DNA of 63,991 nt, filler included, from an uncultured bacterium (GTDB taxonomy: Bacteria; Latescibacterota; UBA2968), in the NCBI GenBank assembly GCA_964471275.1. It is 4 parts of 4 records of this genome, joined end to end, with 100 filler letters (N's around TTAATTAATTAA, not from the genome) between each part and the next. Parts side by side here need not be neighbours in the genome. Positions count along the whole stretch, not along the records: positions 19,519 to 38,701 come from CAYYGZ010000067.1; 3 more parts are not named here. One strand, 5' to 3'. The translations under genes and the position numbers were made by a program. This document shows, in pieces, positions 20,760-31,868 of the stretch. Below the pieces are notes generated by a model. The model ran no database searches. It was not told where the DNA came from and saw nothing but the letters and a program-made list of their open reading frames with translations. The stretch's first letter is position 1. Each line of letters opens with the position of its first letter.

Positions 20760-22655
20760 TTATCCGGCGTAAGCCGCCTCGATCTGATCCATATACTTCG
20801 CGGCGATCGCTTTCGGGACGACCTTCTTGAGACCCCTCGTCAGCGTGCCGGACTCCTCCGACAGAGATTCGCTGATCACCAGCACTTTCTGAGGACGTTG
20901 GTGGCTTGGCAGACCGGCAGCCGTTGCCTGCTCGAGCAGCAGCTTGCGAATCCGTTCTGCGACCTCGGGATGCGCACGCAGCGCCTCTTCGTCCCGCGGC
21001 AGATTCTGAATGTCATCGATCAGCTTCGCCTCATCGACGCTGACCGTCACAACAGGCAGCGGGAAGTCCCGTTGCTGATCCCCGTAGACGAGTACGTGTT
21101 CGACAAGTTGAACAGCGGCATACATCCGCTCGAGTCTCTCTGGATTCACAAACTCGCCGTTCCGAAGCTTGAACTGTCGACCGACACGGCCGGCGAAAGT
21201 CATGAAACCCTCGGTGTCGATGCTGAAAAGATCACCGGTCCGATACCAGATCTTACCCTCGTCATCGGTCACAAGCGCCTTCTCGGTCTGCTCAGGATCG
21301 TTCAGATACCCTTTCATCACGTGCGAACCGTGAACCCAGAGCTCGCCTGCCTGACCGTCGCTGCTCGCATAGGTGTGGGTCGTAGGTTCACCGGACCCGA
21401 TCACCTCCCCGGATTCGGTCACGAGCCTTACATCCAGGAATGGCTTCCCCACGGTGCCCGTCTTCTGACCGAGTAGACAGTTCGCGGCGATCAACGGCGC
21501 ACATTCGGTCACGCCATACCCTTCATAGGCCGTGATATCGAGTACCTCGCTGAAGAAATCGAGTGCCTCGGGGTCTGCTTTCGCGGCCCCCACCACCAGA
21601 AGCCTGAGGCGGGATCCGACCCGTGCTGACAGCTTCTCCCTGATCTGGCCGATAACCTTCTTACCGATCGCATTGTGGACGAGCCAGTCGACCGGCGATC
21701 CGATCCCCCTGGCGATGTTCTGCTTTGCGCGAATCGAACGAGCCACGAGACCGCCCTTGAAGCCGCCCGAATCGATTGCCTTGCGAACATTGCCGTATAC
21801 CTTGTCCAGAATCAGGGGTACGGTTAGGAACGCTTCCGGCTCGGAGTGCCGGATGTCGGTCAGGACGTGGTCGGGAGACCTGGCTAGGTCCAGCGACCAA
21901 CCCTTCGCCAGGGGGTAATAGATGTTCAAAATCCCTAGCGTGTGGTAGTCTGGTGCCGACTTGAAGAAGATGAGGGAATCTGTGGGGGAAATAGCTTCCC
22001 AGATGCAGCGACAGTTGTCCAGGATATTGCGGTGGGTCTGGATGACTCCTTTTGGCATACCTGAGGATCCGGAAGTGAACACAATCTTGGACTCGTCATC
22101 GGGCCCAATCTCGACCTCGGGAGGCGGTTCGGAACGCTTGATCAGATCGAAGAAGGGCATCGCACCCTCCGCTTGACCCTCTGTCAACACGAGACGAGGC
22201 GTCGATTCCAGCTGAGGGAGTACCCGTGCCGCCTGCCCCAGACTCTTCTGATCCACAAACAGGATTCGCGGCTCGGAGAGCTTCAGGTTATGGATCAGAA
22301 TATCGTCGGGCAGCTTGTTACAGAGCGGAACCGAGGACAATCCCAGCGCATCGCACGCCAGAAACACCAGGATCGACTCGAGTCCGCCGTCCGTGAGGAT
22401 CGCCACTCGATTTCCCTTCTCGAAACCCAGACCGGCAAATCCCGTGGCGAGCCGGTCTCTTTGCTCGCCCAGTTGGCGGAAAGTCATCGGCACATATCTG
22501 AGCCCTCGCTTCCCCACCTGGTCGGACTGTCGTAGAATCTGGACGGCCGTCCGGTCACCAAACGCTTCGAACACCCGATCCATCAATACTTTCAGATTGC
22601 TGAGCTCTTCCAAAACGCCCTCTTTCGCCAGAACGTTACCCGAAACGAAACGCAA
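20760..22655 (-). CDS. Long-chain acyl-CoA synthetase (AMP-binding)
   Basis: FTSGSSGMPKG, EGYGVTE, YRTGD, KLRNGEFVNP. Exact start uncertain. Confidence 0.88.
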   Translation of the reverse strand: MRFVSGNVLAKEGVLEELSNLKVLMDRVFEAFGDRTAVQILRQSDQVGKRGLRYVPMTFRQLGEQRDRLATGFAGLGFEKGNRVAILTDGGLESILVFLACDALGLSSVPLCNKLPDDILIHNLKLSEPRILFVDQKSLGQAARVLPQLESTPRLVLTEGQAEGAMPFFDLIKRSEPPPEVEIGPDDESKIVFTSGSSGMPKGVIQTHRNILDNCRCIWEAISPTDSLIFFKSAPDYHTLGILNIYYPLAKGWSLDLARSPDHVLTDIRHSEPEAFLTVPLILDKVYGNVRKAIDSGGFKGGLVARSIRAKQNIARGIGSPVDWLVHNAIGKKVIGQIREKLSARVGSRLRLLVVGAAKADPEALDFFSEVLDITAYEGYGVTECAPLIAANCLLGQKTGTVGKPFLDVRLVTESGEVIGSGEPTTHTYASSDGQAGELWVHGSHVMKGYLNDPEQTEKALVTDDEGKIWYRTGDLFSIDTEGFMTFAGRVGRQFKLRNGEFVNPERLERMYAAVQLVEHVLVYGDQQRDFPLPVVTVSVDEAKLIDDIQNLPRDEEALRAHPEVAERIRKLLLEQATAAGLPSHQRPQKVLVISESLSEESGTLTRGLKKVVPKAIAAKYMDQIEAAYAG

Positions 22656-22758
22656 ACCAAAGAATCAAATTTCACATTAATTGCTGTAAATAAAGCTCTT
22701 ACAAGAATTTTCATGCCAAGCTGAAACGAAATTTCGTTACGCGCCTTCGTGACATCAC

Positions 22759-23355
22759 CTAAGGTGCCAGATACCCTCTGGCCACACTCTCATCGATCAT
22801 GACTTTGGCATATTCCCAGAGCGCCGAAGATCCCTCCGCGATGTGCTGATTCCGCGCGATCACCTGTGCTTTCCGGATTCCATACTTCGTCCAGGCGATC
22901 CCTTCTGTCAGGTAATTGTGCATCAGCGGCTGGAAGCGATCCAAGGCGGCCGCGTACCTGGATTCTGGTGTATCACGCGCCTCGAATTCCGTCCAGAGCG
23001 CATCGATCTCGTTTGCCTGATCTTCTGGTAGCAGGGCGAAGATCCGATCTGCAGCCTTCCGCTCCCTTTCCGTCTTGTCGACGGCACCGACCTCGTCATA
23101 CGCGAAGGTGTCTCCAGCATCGATCTCAACCAGATCGTGGATCAGCACCATCTTGATGACTCGGGTCAGATTGACGGCCTCATTCGCATGCTCTTCCAGA
23201 ATCATCGCCATTGTGGCAAGATGCCACGAATGCTCTGCATCGTTCTCCCGCCGAGAGCCATCGAGGATGACCGTTTGCCTGAGGATACCCTTGATCTTGT
23301 CGATCTCCTGGATAAACCGGAGCTGTTCAGCAAGTTTCGCGTCCAGTTCCAACAT
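22759..23355 (-). CDS. HD-domain phosphohydrolase (HD_3 / YfbR-like)
   Basis: ENDAEHSWH, LIHDLVEIDAGD, ALDRFQP. Confidence 0.88.
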   Translation of the reverse strand: MLELDAKLAEQLRFIQEIDKIKGILRQTVILDGSRRENDAEHSWHLATMAMILEEHANEAVNLTRVIKMVLIHDLVEIDAGDTFAYDEVGAVDKTERERKAADRIFALLPEDQANEIDALWTEFEARDTPESRYAAALDRFQPLMHNYLTEGIAWTKYGIRKAQVIARNQHIAEGSSALWEYAKVMIDESVARGYLAP

Positions 23356-23356
23356 C

Positions 23357-24388
23357 CTATTCAGACGCGGAAGGAATGAAGCGCATCGTTCCGGAAAGAG
23401 ACTCGCCCAGCTTCAGAACAGACAACCCGGCGTCGATGCCACATGCTTGCAGGTTCACGGCGTCCGTCGTACACGTGTAGGGCTCGAAGCAGACCACGGG
23501 GCGTGAGTCCGGGGCGAAGAAGACCCACTCCCGAAACGCGGGATCGGCCTCCACGATGACCTGAACGCCGGCATCGGGGTCCTCGAAGTGACATCGGCTC
23601 CAGCCGTCCTCATCGAAGCGTACGCCAGCCCAGACGTCATCATAGTAGCGATCCCCGATCGGGGTTTTTGTTTTGAGATCGTAGTCCCCGGAAACCGCAA
23701 CCACTTCTCCCTTCGGGATGCTGTCCACTCGAAGAGGCCAGTAGGAATCGCAAGGCAACTGGATCGTGCAGGTCCTCCGGTCCCCGGTAGGCAGGAGGGG
23801 GAGCGGAAAATAGGGATGATAACCAAGCCCGGCCGGCATGTTCGCATCACCCACGTTCCTGCCTGAGACCTCGAGCGCCAGACCACCGTCCTTAAGGCGG
23901 TAGGTCCCTTCGACTTCGAACGGAAACGGCCACTCCGCGCTAATCTCTTCGAAATCTCCGGACGTGAATCGGCAGGTCACCCAGGCTCCCTCGGCCTCAC
24001 TGCTGCCGTAGCCCACGACCTTCCAGGGCCGGCTCAGAACATATCCGTGCAGGAGATGTGCGCCTTCCGCTGGCGTCTTCAGCTGTATGTCCTTGCCCTC
24101 GAACGTGAACTTCCCATACTCGATACGATTCGGCCACGGAAACAGAATCGGGATCCCATACCCGCTCGGTCGGCCCTGCAGGGACTCAGCATCGGGCGCC
24201 GCGAACAGCAGTTCGATCTCCTTGTCACCGATCTCTACCCTGTAGCTGATGCAGTTGTTCCCGACTGATGGCAATACCATCGCCGTCTGCCTCGTCTTGT
24301 TGTCCTTCAGCACAACGACAGGGCTCCCCTTGAAGTCCTGCTCCTTCACCACATATCTGGAATCCGCCAACGCTCTGTCTCCGATCAT
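23357..24388 (-). CDS. Aldose 1-epimerase family protein
   Basis: LFPWPNRI, LHG, GYHPYF, CFEPYT. Confidence 0.88.
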   Translation of the reverse strand: MIGDRALADSRYVVKEQDFKGSPVVVLKDNKTRQTAMVLPSVGNNCISYRVEIGDKEIELLFAAPDAESLQGRPSGYGIPILFPWPNRIEYGKFTFEGKDIQLKTPAEGAHLLHGYVLSRPWKVVGYGSSEAEGAWVTCRFTSGDFEEISAEWPFPFEVEGTYRLKDGGLALEVSGRNVGDANMPAGLGYHPYFPLPLLPTGDRRTCTIQLPCDSYWPLRVDSIPKGEVVAVSGDYDLKTKTPIGDRYYDDVWAGVRFDEDGWSRCHFEDPDAGVQVIVEADPAFREWVFFAPDSRPVVCFEPYTCTTDAVNLQACGIDAGLSVLKLGESLSGTMRFIPSASE

Positions 24389-24465
24389 GAATGATACCAG
24401 AATGGCACTCAGTAGAAGGGATTTCTCCCCCCTCAGTGTCCTTCCTTACAGCTCCTCTGCCTTCC

Positions 24466-25239
24466 CTAGGGTAGCGGCCATCTCTCACCGGCCATGTAGC
24501 CACCATCGACATAAATCAACTGTCCGGTCACGTAGTCCGACGCTCTCGACGCCAGGAAACACGCGGTCCCCGCGAGATCTTCCGGGTTCCCAATCCGGCC
24601 CTGTGGGAGCCGATTCACGCCCCAGGCATGCATCGATTCGTTCGACCACAGTTTCTCGGTCAGTGGTGTCCGGATAAATCCTGGACAGATTGCATTGACC
24701 TGAATCTCAGGTGCCAGCTCAACCGCCCACACTTTCGTAAGCTGACCGACGGCACCCTTGGTTCCCGTGTATACAGAGATGCTCTGCAGCCCGATGCCTG
24801 TCGTCAGCGATCCGGTATTGATTACCTTCCCCGCACCTCGAGGCCGCATATGGGCCGTCGCAAACTGTGTCAGAAAGAACAACCCCTTCTGGTTCACGTC
24901 CGCGATCTGGTCGTAGTGCTCTTCGGTCACCTCTTCAAACGGCTCCCGAACGTTTGTGCCTGCGTTGTTGACCAGAATATCCAGCTGCCCGAAGGTATCG
25001 ATGGCCGCGTCGACGGCTCCCTCAACAGACTTGAGATCGGTCATATCCAGCTCGTAGACTGCTGCGCTCCCTCCCTTGCTCTCGATGGCCTGTGCCGTCT
25101 CATCGAGTTCCGCTCGCGTCCTTGCTGCGACGACGACCTTCGCGCCCTGTCCGGCCAGACCCTCGGCAATACCCCTCCCGATGCCACGACCGCCACCCGT
25201 AACAAGCGCCACTTTTCCTTCCAGGCTGAACAGATCCAT
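24466..25239 (-). CDS. SDR oxidoreductase (gluconate 5-dehydrogenase / KduD-like)
   Basis: TGGGRGIG, NNAG, YTGTK, VNAICPG. Confidence 0.88.
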   Translation of the reverse strand: MDLFSLEGKVALVTGGGRGIGRGIAEGLAGQGAKVVVAARTRAELDETAQAIESKGGSAAVYELDMTDLKSVEGAVDAAIDTFGQLDILVNNAGTNVREPFEEVTEEHYDQIADVNQKGLFFLTQFATAHMRPRGAGKVINTGSLTTGIGLQSISVYTGTKGAVGQLTKVWAVELAPEIQVNAICPGFIRTPLTEKLWSNESMHAWGVNRLPQGRIGNPEDLAGTACFLASRASDYVTGQLIYVDGGYMAGERWPLP

Positions 25240-25326
25240 TGGATTCCTCTTATGCGTTGAGTCCCGGCCAAATCGAGCGGCCAATATAAGGCAATCAGGA
25301 TAGCTGAACAACACAGGCACGAAAGA

Positions 25327-25354
25327 GGGCCGGCCCCCAAGGGGAGACCGGCCC
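25327..25354. terminator. GC-rich hairpin, possible terminator
   Basis: GGGCCGG-CCCCC-AA-GGGG-AGA-CCGGCCC. Confidence 0.45.
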
Positions 25355-25380
25355 GGATCGGCAGCAGGATCCTGGATCAG

Positions 25381-25997
25381 CTACTTCATAAAAACAGTGA
25401 ATCCGGCAGAAATGACGTGTCGTTTCAGGTTCTCTCCTTCAGCAAACAGAAGAACGTAAGCGTATTGGGAAGTAAGTGCAGTGGTTCGGCTCAGGAACTT
25501 CCTGAAACCCAAGCCCCGCCGATTTTGCTGAAATCGCCCCAACCGAAATCACGACCAGCAAAGACCTCCACGTGTGGGTATGTCTTCCGGCTGACTTCAA
25601 ACGGGAGGTTGAATCGATAGAACTTGGTCAGGGAAGACCCAAAGCCTTGATCAACGGAGAAGCTGCCCGCTACACCGCCGATTCGTGCATCGGTGGCAGT
25701 CACAACCTGCCGTTGGTTTGTCCGGCTGTAGAGCCGGTTACCCATCACGAAGGATCCGCCGAGTTGGTGATGCCGTGTGATTGCGTATCCGATCGATGCG
25801 CCGACCTGGTAAACCATCGCCCCCCCCGACATCCGGAATGACATAATCAGGTTGATTTCGAGACGCCCTGCAGGAATCGGCCTAACCGGCAAAATCTCGA
25901 TATCATCATCCGCTTCCTCGGTGACAATCACTTCACCGACCGCTGGTGAACCGAGTCCAACAGCAAGGGCAGACAGAAGTATCAACCATCATCTCAT
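25381..25997 (-). pseudogene. Small outer-membrane beta-barrel-like protein, disrupted
   Basis: AAGGAG RBS, then ATG AGA TGA (stop at codon 3), a signal peptide and alternating beta strands. Frameshift near 25515 continues GFRKFLSRTT..VISAGFTVFMK*. Confidence 0.55.
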
Positions 25998-26038
25998 TAG
26001 GGTTCTCCTTCAGAACACCCGTCACCACACCAATCAAC

Positions 26039-26626
26039 CTATGAGTTGCTCAGATAATCTACGAGGTGTCCCAGACCGATAACAGTCCCCTCCCGAATCA
26101 TCTCCAGACTCATGCTGGGCTCATCTTTCCCCTCCGCCGCCACAAGATCGGGTGTAGGGGGCACGTGAATGAATCCGGCAATCGTGTCGGACTGGTTCAC
26201 TGCCAGGAAGTGGAGCACACCGAACATGATGTGGTTACAGAGGAAGGTCCCCGCGTGATAGGAGAGTTTCGAGGGGATCCCGACCATCTCGATCGCCTCC
26301 TTCATCGCACGGGTCGGCAACGTGGCAAAGTAGGCATCCGGCCCGGTCCCGTAAATCGCCTGGTCATCGTTCTTCAGGTTCACGGCGACCCGCTCCACGT
26401 TCAGACAGGACGTCTGGGCGAGACCGAGTGACACAACAGCCGCGGGTTTGTGTTCCTCGATCAGCGGGAGGGTGATTGCCGTGTCTTCACCGAATTCAAC
26501 CGGTAGCAGTGCCGATACGATCTCGACACCCCCGATCCGCTCACCTCCGAGCGAGATCGCCACATCACCTGCCGGATTGCTGGGCCATTTGCCCCACGGT
26601 TCGAACCCGGTCACCAGTATCTTCAT
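26039..26626 (-). CDS. pcp: Pyroglutamyl-peptidase I
   Basis: MKILVTGFEP, ERVAVN, AYFATLP, AGTFLCN, GFIHVP. Confidence 0.92.
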   Translation of the reverse strand: MKILVTGFEPWGKWPSNPAGDVAISLGGERIGGVEIVSALLPVEFGEDTAITLPLIEEHKPAAVVSLGLAQTSCLNVERVAVNLKNDDQAIYGTGPDAYFATLPTRAMKEAIEMVGIPSKLSYHAGTFLCNHIMFGVLHFLAVNQSDTIAGFIHVPPTPDLVAAEGKDEPSMSLEMIREGTVIGLGHLVDYLSNS

Positions 26627-26663
26627 TTCCTTACCCAGTTGTGTACACGTCATCCTGAACTGC

Positions 26664-26693
26664 AGTTGCAGGATCCCTCGGGATCCTGCAACT
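26664..26693. terminator. Perfect 14-bp-arm inverted repeat between adh and pcp
   Basis: AGTTGCAGGATCCC-TC-GGGATCCTGCAACT. Confidence 0.45.
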
Positions 26694-26847
26694 CCTCCCA
26701 ACGGATGCACTCACGGCCCGCCCCAGGCAAGAAGGACCGGGAGACGACAAATAATTCTGATCCCTGACGAATCCCTCACGCGTCCCCCACCACGCCGAAG
26801 CCTTCGTGGCAACAAGCGGGATGCCCGTAGCTCCCGACCCGCCCGAC

Positions 26848-27952
26848 CTAGAAAACGATCAGACCTCTCGCCAGCTCCCCGGCGGCCAGATCGTCGAACG
26901 CCTCATTCGATTCTTCGATCCCATACTCCCTCGAAATCAGCTCATCGATCTTTAGTTTGTCTGACATATACAGTTCGACCATGCGAGGGAAATCGTCGCG
27001 GACACGAGCGCTGCCGTACTTGCACCCCCGCATGACCTTCTCGTTCGCCTGAAGGCTTGCGGTATCGAACGTCACAGTCGAGCCCGTCGGTGGCAAACCG
27101 ATGATCACACTGGTGCCTGCCGGCGCCAGGGAATCCCAGGCCTGCTTGATCACATCAGCAACCCCAACAGCAATGAACGCGTAGTCGGCACCACGACCCG
27201 TGATATCCTTGATCGCCTCTACCGGATCATCCGTGCTCGCATCGATACAATGCGTGGCACCGAGCTGTCTGGCGTAATCGAATTTGCTCGGGTTAACGTC
27301 CACCGCGATGATCGGGTTCGCGGCGACAAGACCGCCGCCCTGGATGCAGTTCAGCCCAATACCGCCTACACCGAAGACCGCCATGCTCTCTCCGGCGTGC
27401 ACTTGCGCTGTATTCAGAACGGCCCCTACACCCGTCATCACCGAGCAGCCGATCAGAGCCGCCTTCTTCAGATCCATATCCTGCCGAATCGGAATGGCGC
27501 AGGACGCCGGCACGACGGAGTGCGATGCATAGGAGGCGACACTCCCATAATGGTAGACGGGCTTCCCTTCGATCGTCATACGGGTNNNNNNNNNNACCGT
27601 CAAAGAGAGCCCCCCTCACCGGTACCTGCCGCTCACACAACTGTGATCTCCCCGTAACACAATAGTGACACTGTCCACAGGCCGGTGCCCAGGACAGCAC
27701 CACGTGATCACCGGGCTTCACACCCCTTACGTTCGACCCGACATCCTCAACAATACCGGCCCCTTCGTCGCCTAGGACGATCGGCATAGGAAAACCCGAC
27801 CAGCTCCCATCATAGGTGTGCAGACAGCTGTGGCATACGCCGCTCGCGGCCATGCCCACGACGACCTCGTCATCCTGGGGAGGGGCGAGATCGATATCTT
27901 CAACTTCCATTCGGCGCCCGGGTTCGACCAGAACTGCAGCGTTCACGATCAC
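26848..27952 (-). CDS. Zn-dependent alcohol dehydrogenase (class III-like), interrupted only by a 10-N gap
   Basis: GVCHS, GDEGAG, CGQCHYC..C, GCSVMTGVGA, GVGGIG; gap at 27586-27595. Confidence 0.88.
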
Positions 27953-28172
27953 CTCTCAGGAGAAGAAGCCCACTTGTGTCTCAAACCGGAGTTGAGATAG
28001 TGTACGCCCCCCTAGTCTGCTTACGCAATCCGTAATCGCCCCCCTAGTCATCCAGACACGGCGGGGAATCGGTTTATGACCTAAGTCGTTAGTTATATAT
28101 GACTTGACACCTCGAATCTGTCGGCCTTTTCTTGCCACACCAAGAATCGCCCTTTCCTCAGCTCTGACATCT

Positions 28173-28564
28173 ATGATCACGATCAACATCTCGACACAGC
28201 AACGAACCGAACTCCTGCCCATTACAGGGCCTGTCGCGGAGGCCGTCTCGGAAAGCGGTGTAGAGAACGGAATCTGCGTCGTCTACTGTCCCCATACGGC
28301 GGCCGCGATCACAATCAACGAGAATGCTGACCCGGATGTTGCCCGTGACCTTGCCAGGGCAGCCGACCGGCTCGTCCCTCTCGATGACCCGAATTATCGA
28401 CACGCGAAGGGAATTCGGCAGCACACGTGAAAGCTTGTTTCTTCGGCGCCTCCGAGCACATTTTGATCGAGAACAGACGTCTCGTCCTGAGGACGTGGCA
28501 GGGCATCTTCTTCTACGAGTTCGATGGCCCCAGACAACGCGAAATTCACGTACGTATCCAATGA
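28173..28564 (+). pseudogene. yjbQ: YjbQ/UPF0047 protein with a 1-bp frameshift near 28407
   Basis: PHTAAAITINENADPDV..DL, then NSAAHVKA..TWQGIFFYEFDGPRQR in a shifted frame. Confidence 0.8.
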
Positions 28565-28676
28565 CCGTTGATGGGCGCGAGAGAACGTCTGCTGACCATG
28601 ACCCCGACTTCTGTTTGAAAGCGCCAAGCCGGTTGACCTTCCGTATTCCCGAATCACCTCAATTCGGAGTGCAGCG

Positions 28677-29795
28677 ATGAACCAGTCCAGTCACTGCGGT
28701 TACTGCAAACGTCAGACGGCGGATGTCGCGAGACTGTTTGAGGATCAGGAAGCCCCGATCTGCACGAACTGTGTCCGAATCTGTCAGGACGTGCTGGCCG
28801 GTGACACGGTCTCCGGGTGGATGGTCACCACGTCACCTCAACGATGTGTCTACTGTGGCAGACGGCCGAGTGAAGGCGTCCAGCATTGTATCAATGTCAC
28901 CAACCACTCTCCGCGAATATGCGAGCGGTGTGTCGAGTTGCTTTCTGAAGCGATCGCTTCAGAGTCGATCTTTGACGAGATTCGCCAACTGATAGAGGAT
29001 CCCGAGGACGGTGTTACCGCCCAGATCGAGGACGCAGTGCAGAGGGCGCTGCTCGAAATATCGATAAAGACGCCCGATCAGTTGACCATACCCGAGGCGG
29101 TCACCTTCGACTTTGGCGGAACCATCCTTTCCACCGTCGATTTTGACCTTCGAGCCGGCATCGAGCGCTGCCTGGAGATCAGCGAATGCTCCAACAACCG
29201 AAGTGTTGCGGACGTGCTCGAAGTCGTAAACGAGATCGACTACCAGATCCAGGAACGCCGGGAGGCGAGTCTCTTCGAGATACCCGTGATTCTACGCCAG
29301 CGTCTCATCTACGACACCCTCGGCATTCAGTTCGACCTGAGTGCGGAGGAGATCGAGCTCGAATTCTGGGAGGCGAGCATGCAGTTTACGATTGAACCTG
29401 GAATCACGACAGTTCTCGACGGGTTATCCGCACGGGACATCTCCCTGGCAGTCGTCAGCAATTCCGGTTTTCGCGGGGAGGTACTCCGTCACGAACTCGA
29501 GCGACACGGACTGGACGAATACTTCCAGGTATTCGTCTCCAGCGCGGACTATGGCCTCAGAAAGCCGCATCCGTTCATCTACCGCGCGACGGTTGCTCAG
29601 CTCGGTGTCGACATGCCGAGAACCTGGCACATCGGGAACTCTCGATACTACGATGTGGAAGGTGCTATGACCGCCGGTGCCGCCGCCATTTACTACGACA
29701 CAGAAGGCCAGCCTCCGCAGAACCCGAAGCCGCACGCGACCGTGGCGTCGTGGATCGAGTTTCAGCAGCTGGTTGAAAAGACCTTCGATACCTGA
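28677..29795 (+). CDS. Fusion of two ClpX-type C4 zinc fingers and a HAD-family hydrolase
   Basis: CGYC..ICTNC and CVYC..ICERC; FDFGGT, VVSN, KP, HIGNS..DVEG. Confidence 0.8.
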   Translation: MNQSSHCGYCKRQTADVARLFEDQEAPICTNCVRICQDVLAGDTVSGWMVTTSPQRCVYCGRRPSEGVQHCINVTNHSPRICERCVELLSEAIASESIFDEIRQLIEDPEDGVTAQIEDAVQRALLEISIKTPDQLTIPEAVTFDFGGTILSTVDFDLRAGIERCLEISECSNNRSVADVLEVVNEIDYQIQERREASLFEIPVILRQRLIYDTLGIQFDLSAEEIELEFWEASMQFTIEPGITTVLDGLSARDISLAVVSNSGFRGEVLRHELERHGLDEYFQVFVSSADYGLRKPHPFIYRATVAQLGVDMPRTWHIGNSRYYDVEGAMTAGAAAIYYDTEGQPPQNPKPHATVASWIEFQQLVEKTFDT

Positions 29796-29806
29796 CCGAC
29801 AAAGCG

Positions 29807-31774
29807 ATGACGATTCTGCTAGAAGATGAGTTTGAAAGATTGAGAACCGGGATGTTCTCGGCGCTGGCGGGCGCCCACACGGAATACCACTACCTGCCCG
29901 AAGCCGCCCCCGAAGGGAACTGGAACGTAGCCAGTTTTGCGTCGGGACAGAGCCCGGGAACGGCTTGGCACGTTCAGGAAACCGACGATGGCAAGGAGCT
30001 GGTGCAGACATTCGAGAGCAAACGCAAGGATACTCACCCGATGGTCATCGCCGGCCGGCCAGAATGGGAGAACTATCGACTCGACACAACCTTCACCCCG
30101 CATGGGCGCACAGGACGATCCGGCATCGTATTCAGATACAGGAACAGCCGCTGCTACTACTTTTTCGGTCTGACAGCGGAGGGGGCCCGGATCATCAAGG
30201 TTAACCACGGCTCAGGTTACCGTCTCGTCACAGAGGACATCCTCGCCAGTGCCGATTTTCAGTGGAAAACAGGAAGGCGCTACAAGGCTTCAGTCACGGT
30301 CGACGGTGAGGAGATAGAGGCCCGGATCGAGGGGCTCGTTGAGCTTGATGCGACAGACAGCACCTTCGCCAGCGGTAAGATCGGGTTACAATCGGACGCA
30401 CCGACTCACTACCAGCGCGTGACAGTTTCGGCACTCGACGAGGAGTGTTACCGCGTCAATATCCTGCGCGGGAAAGCACAGCAGGAGATCGATGAACTCC
30501 GTGAAGAGAATCCCAAACCAGTCCTTTGGAAGAAGATCTCGACCGAGAAATTCGGCGTCGGACGCAACCTCAGATTCGGTGACCTCACGGGAAGCGGGCA
30601 GCCGGACATTCTCGTAACACAAGTCCTGCATCACGGTCCCAAGGACGCCTACAGCGAGTGCGCCTGCCTCACGGCCGTTGATTTTGATGGGGAGATTCTC
30701 TGGCAGGTCGGCGAGCCCGATCCGTGGAAGGATCATCTCACCAACGACGTCGGTGTCCAGATCCACGACATTGATGGCGACGGGCACAACGAGATCGTTT
30801 ACTGTCAGGGGTTCGAGATCATCATTCTCGATGGTGCGACGGGCGAGATCAAACACAAGGCGCCCACACCACAGAGCCTGCCACCTGCCGACAAGTTCGA
30901 CCGCATCCTCGGCGACTGTCTCTTCTTCTGTGACCTGTCGGGAAATGGACACCCGATGGACATCGTGATCAAGGACCGCTACTGGCATTTCTGGGTCCTG
31001 AACAGCAGGCTCGAAGTCCAGTGGCAGCACGAAATCCGAACGGGACACTATCCTTTTGCGATAGACATCGACGGAGATGGTCACGACGAGCTCGCTCTTG
31101 GACACGCACTCTTCGACCACGATGGCACGATGCTCTGGAACCTGGAAGACAGGATCCAGGACCACGTCGACGGTGTCGCCATCGCGAACTTCAACACACC
31201 AGAAGTGGGTGATCTCCAGATTCTCTATGCCTGCAGCGATTCGGGTGTCTTCTTTGCTGACCTCGACGGGAACGTCCTCAAGCATCATTGGATCGGACAC
31301 GGTCAGAACCCGGCAATCGCGAAATTCCGGGACGATCTTCCCGGTCTCCAGGCCGTCTCCATCAACTTCTGGGGCAACCAGGGGATTCTGCATTTCTACG
31401 ACTCGGACGGCAACATATACCACGATTGCGAACCGAATCCCTTTGGCAGCATGTGTCTCCCGATAAACTGGCGTGGGGATGGAGTCGAATTCTTCGTCCA
31501 CAATGCGAACGTGCGCTGGGGCGGCATGTTCGACGGATGGGGCCGCCCCGTTGTCGCTTTCCCGAACGACGGCCATCCCGACACGTGCAACGCTGTTCTG
31601 GATATCACGGGCGACTGTCGTGACGAAGTCGTCGTTTGGAACCCGCACGAACTCTGGGTCTACACACAAGACGATGGCCCGCGTGACGGCAGACTGTACA
31701 AACCAGTCAGGAACCCGCACTACAACAGTTCGAACTACCAGGCCAGCGTTTCCCTCCCGGGCTGGTCATCCTGA
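29807..31774 (+). CDS. Rhamnogalacturonan lyase-like (PL11/FG-GAP) beta-propeller with an N-terminal lectin-like domain
   Basis: GDLTGSGQPD, DIDGDGHNE, GHYP..DIDGDGHDE, DHVDG, GHGQ, DITGDCRDEV; N-terminal GIVFRY..GKIGL. Confidence 0.6.
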   Translation: MTILLEDEFERLRTGMFSALAGAHTEYHYLPEAAPEGNWNVASFASGQSPGTAWHVQETDDGKELVQTFESKRKDTHPMVIAGRPEWENYRLDTTFTPHGRTGRSGIVFRYRNSRCYYFFGLTAEGARIIKVNHGSGYRLVTEDILASADFQWKTGRRYKASVTVDGEEIEARIEGLVELDATDSTFASGKIGLQSDAPTHYQRVTVSALDEECYRVNILRGKAQQEIDELREENPKPVLWKKISTEKFGVGRNLRFGDLTGSGQPDILVTQVLHHGPKDAYSECACLTAVDFDGEILWQVGEPDPWKDHLTNDVGVQIHDIDGDGHNEIVYCQGFEIIILDGATGEIKHKAPTPQSLPPADKFDRILGDCLFFCDLSGNGHPMDIVIKDRYWHFWVLNSRLEVQWQHEIRTGHYPFAIDIDGDGHDELALGHALFDHDGTMLWNLEDRIQDHVDGVAIANFNTPEVGDLQILYACSDSGVFFADLDGNVLKHHWIGHGQNPAIAKFRDDLPGLQAVSINFWGNQGILHFYDSDGNIYHDCEPNPFGSMCLPINWRGDGVEFFVHNANVRWGGMFDGWGRPVVAFPNDGHPDTCNAVLDITGDCRDEVVVWNPHELWVYTQDDGPRDGRLYKPVRNPHYNSSNYQASVSLPGWSS

Positions 31775-31868
31775 GGAGTCAGTCCCAACGCGATTGTGAA
31801 GCCCCTCCGACTCAGCAAGTCCGTGTAATAAGACCGCCCTTCAACCTCACTCGGTGTGACCGCCGCGA

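Noticed and set aside
27586..27595. Frameshift or split in the alcohol dehydrogenase
   Set aside because: The frame change coincides with a 10-N placeholder gap
30386..31720. Long antisense ORFs (also 10427-11485, 36072-36938, 46201-47415)
   Set aside because: They are shadows of well-supported genes in GC-rich DNA and show no recognisable motifs
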